Source: Octopus bimaculoides
Lineage: Eukaryota
Reading direction: 5' to 3'
Assembly: GCF_001194135.2 (NCBI RefSeq)
Contig: NC_069000.1
Span: forward strand, 30,004,993-30,068,992
Length of the DNA: 64,000 nucleotides
Shown: piece after piece, positions 62,473 through 64,000 of the stretch
Numbering within the stretch: the stretch's first letter is position 1
Layout of the letters: the number at the start of each line of letters is the position of its first letter
The notes under the pieces: model-generated
What the model saw: only the letters and a program-made list of their open reading frames with translations
What the model was told of the DNA's origin: nothing
Databases searched by the model: none
Translations under genes and position numbers: made by a program

Positions 62473-63284
62473 TTTTCACTAGTGGGTGAACATGTGGCAT
62501 TCAGTCTTTGCTGGGAGTAGTCAATGTGCAACCGTTGATGTACATGAGTTGGTAGCAGACATCTGATGCGAATGATAGGTGATGTGAGAAGTTGGTGTTG
62601 GATGGCTGGTTTGAAGTGAGTGCTGGCAGTTGTTGTGAGTGATTTATCTGACCAGTTGATACGGCAGTCAGTATTGGGGAGTTGACATCAGTGGTTATTG
62701 TGAATAGTCAGTAGTTGGCATGAGTTGTTGATGTGAGCAGTCTGTTGCTGGGAGTCGATGTGAGGCGGTCGATGTAAGCAGTTTATATGATGGTTGATGT
62801 GAACAGTGATGTGAGTGTTGGTCAATGTGAACAGTGGTGTCTTTGCTGTAAGGTGGATGATTTGAACTTGTCAAGGAACTTGCAGTATCAGTTGGTGATG
62901 TAAAGAATGTGGAATGTGAAGTTGGCTACCAGACTAATGTGAACTGGAAGTAACAACAGAGTCCAGTGGGAAGAAGACAGAAAATAAATCATTTGACTGG
63001 TGAATAAAAGAAGAGCTCACCCAAAAGATGTCTATTCTACACATTTTAGAGATAATGAAAGAACTCACTAAAATATATTCCATAAATTTATATTCATATC
63101 TTAATTAAAGTCCTTTTATTTTGCTTATAATCAACAGTTTAATTTGTTATTATCAGCTCTTTTGACTTCTATAACTACTACTTCTTCTTCTCAAAGCAAG
63201 TTAGCTTGCTGGGCTGACCTGCAGTTTTTCTAGCTGCTGACTAGATCATTGGAGCTGCATAGCTGTGAGGAGGTTGCAGTGCAT

Positions 63285-63291
<7 letters not shown>

Positions 63292-63369
<78 letters not shown>

Positions 63370-63370
63370 T
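63292..63370. repeat. (TA)n(CA)n microsatellite. Similar tracts at about 2538-2643, 4043-4108, 9423-9483, 11278-11325, 36372-36432, 46874-46924, 58379-58430
   Basis: Direct reading. Confidence 0.95.
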
Positions 63371-63424
63371 ATATGCATCTATCTATCTATCCACCCCCAC
63401 TACAGACTTGGTCCCCTAGGTAGC

Positions 63425-63600
63425 GGAACCTATCGACTATTTTCTTTCCCTGGCATGTGATAGAATCTGTTTTGTGAGCATCTGTGGTGTTTATTGCTCC
63501 TGTGCATTTGCCGCACACAAAAGCTATCTTCCCAGTTAATCTTCCTTTGATGTTGCTGCACCTCTTATGTGTCCATAGCTTACACTGGGTACATCTTATA
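63425..63600 (-). mobile_element. RTE LINE fragment encoding a Cys/His cluster
   Basis: RCTQCKLWTHKRCSNIKGRLTGKIAFVCGKCTG, a partial PHD-like motif I recall from inserts in some RTE RT domains. Confidence 0.7.
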
Positions 63601-63619
63601 TATATATCATAGCACTCTG

Positions 63620-63790
63620 TTGGTTACGACAACAAGGGTTCCAGTTGATCCGATCAATGGAACAGCCAGCTCATGAAATTAACGCGCAAGTGGGTGCTCA
63701 CTCCACAGACACATGTACCCTTAATGTAGTTCACAGGGGGATTATGCATAACACAAAGTGTGACAAGGCTGGCCCTTTGAAATACAGGTA
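63620..63790 (+). mobile_element. SINE fragment, same family as 1320-1510
   Basis: AAGGGTTCCAGTTGATCCGATCAATGGAACAGCC...GTGACAAGGCTGGCCCTTTGAAAT. Confidence 0.65.
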
Positions 63791-63967
63791 GAACAGAAAC
63801 AGGAAGAAAGAGTGTGAGAAAGTTGTGGTGTAAGAATACAGCAGGATTCGCCACCACCCTCTGCTGGAGCCTTGAGGGGCTTTAGGTGTTTTCGCTCAAT
63901 AAACACAACACCCAGTCTGGGGCATTGCACCTCCATATGTATGTATGTATGTATATATATGTTTGTG

Positions 63968-64000
<33 letters not shown>

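Overview
AT-rich, repeat-dense eukaryotic (animal) genomic DNA. The SINE, RTE-LINE and microsatellite landscape matches what I recognise as a cephalopod (Octopus-like) genome; this is recognition, not a database result. There are six assembly gaps. Two protein-coding genes are supported. (1) A TATDN2-like TatD nuclease gene on the + strand, which I spliced by hand into six coding exons (40122-48847, 653 aa, all phases compatible, all metal-binding motifs intact). (2) The 47-nt first coding exon of a kinesin-3 (KIF16B/STARD9-like) gene on the - strand (5827-5781, MSNIKVAVRVRPLTKR), whose remainder lies left of the window. The rest is mostly decayed mobile DNA: mariner, Tc1, DD37D and pogo transposons, MITEs, RTE, CR1-like and Penelope-like retroelements, tRNA-derived SINEs, mini- and microsatellites. 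Most notable observations: a ~186-bp copy of TATDN2 coding sequence placed just upstream of the gene's start exon, in frame and with its own splice acceptor; a near-canonical minimal hammerhead ribozyme plus decayed relatives, probably from Penelope-like elements; a CpG-retaining, promoter-like island at 23-28 kb with no identifiable coding gene; and a near-identical inverted pair of young RTE 3' ends. No CRISPR array, rRNA or true tRNA gene was seen. I found no clear evidence of a wholly new multi-gene system.
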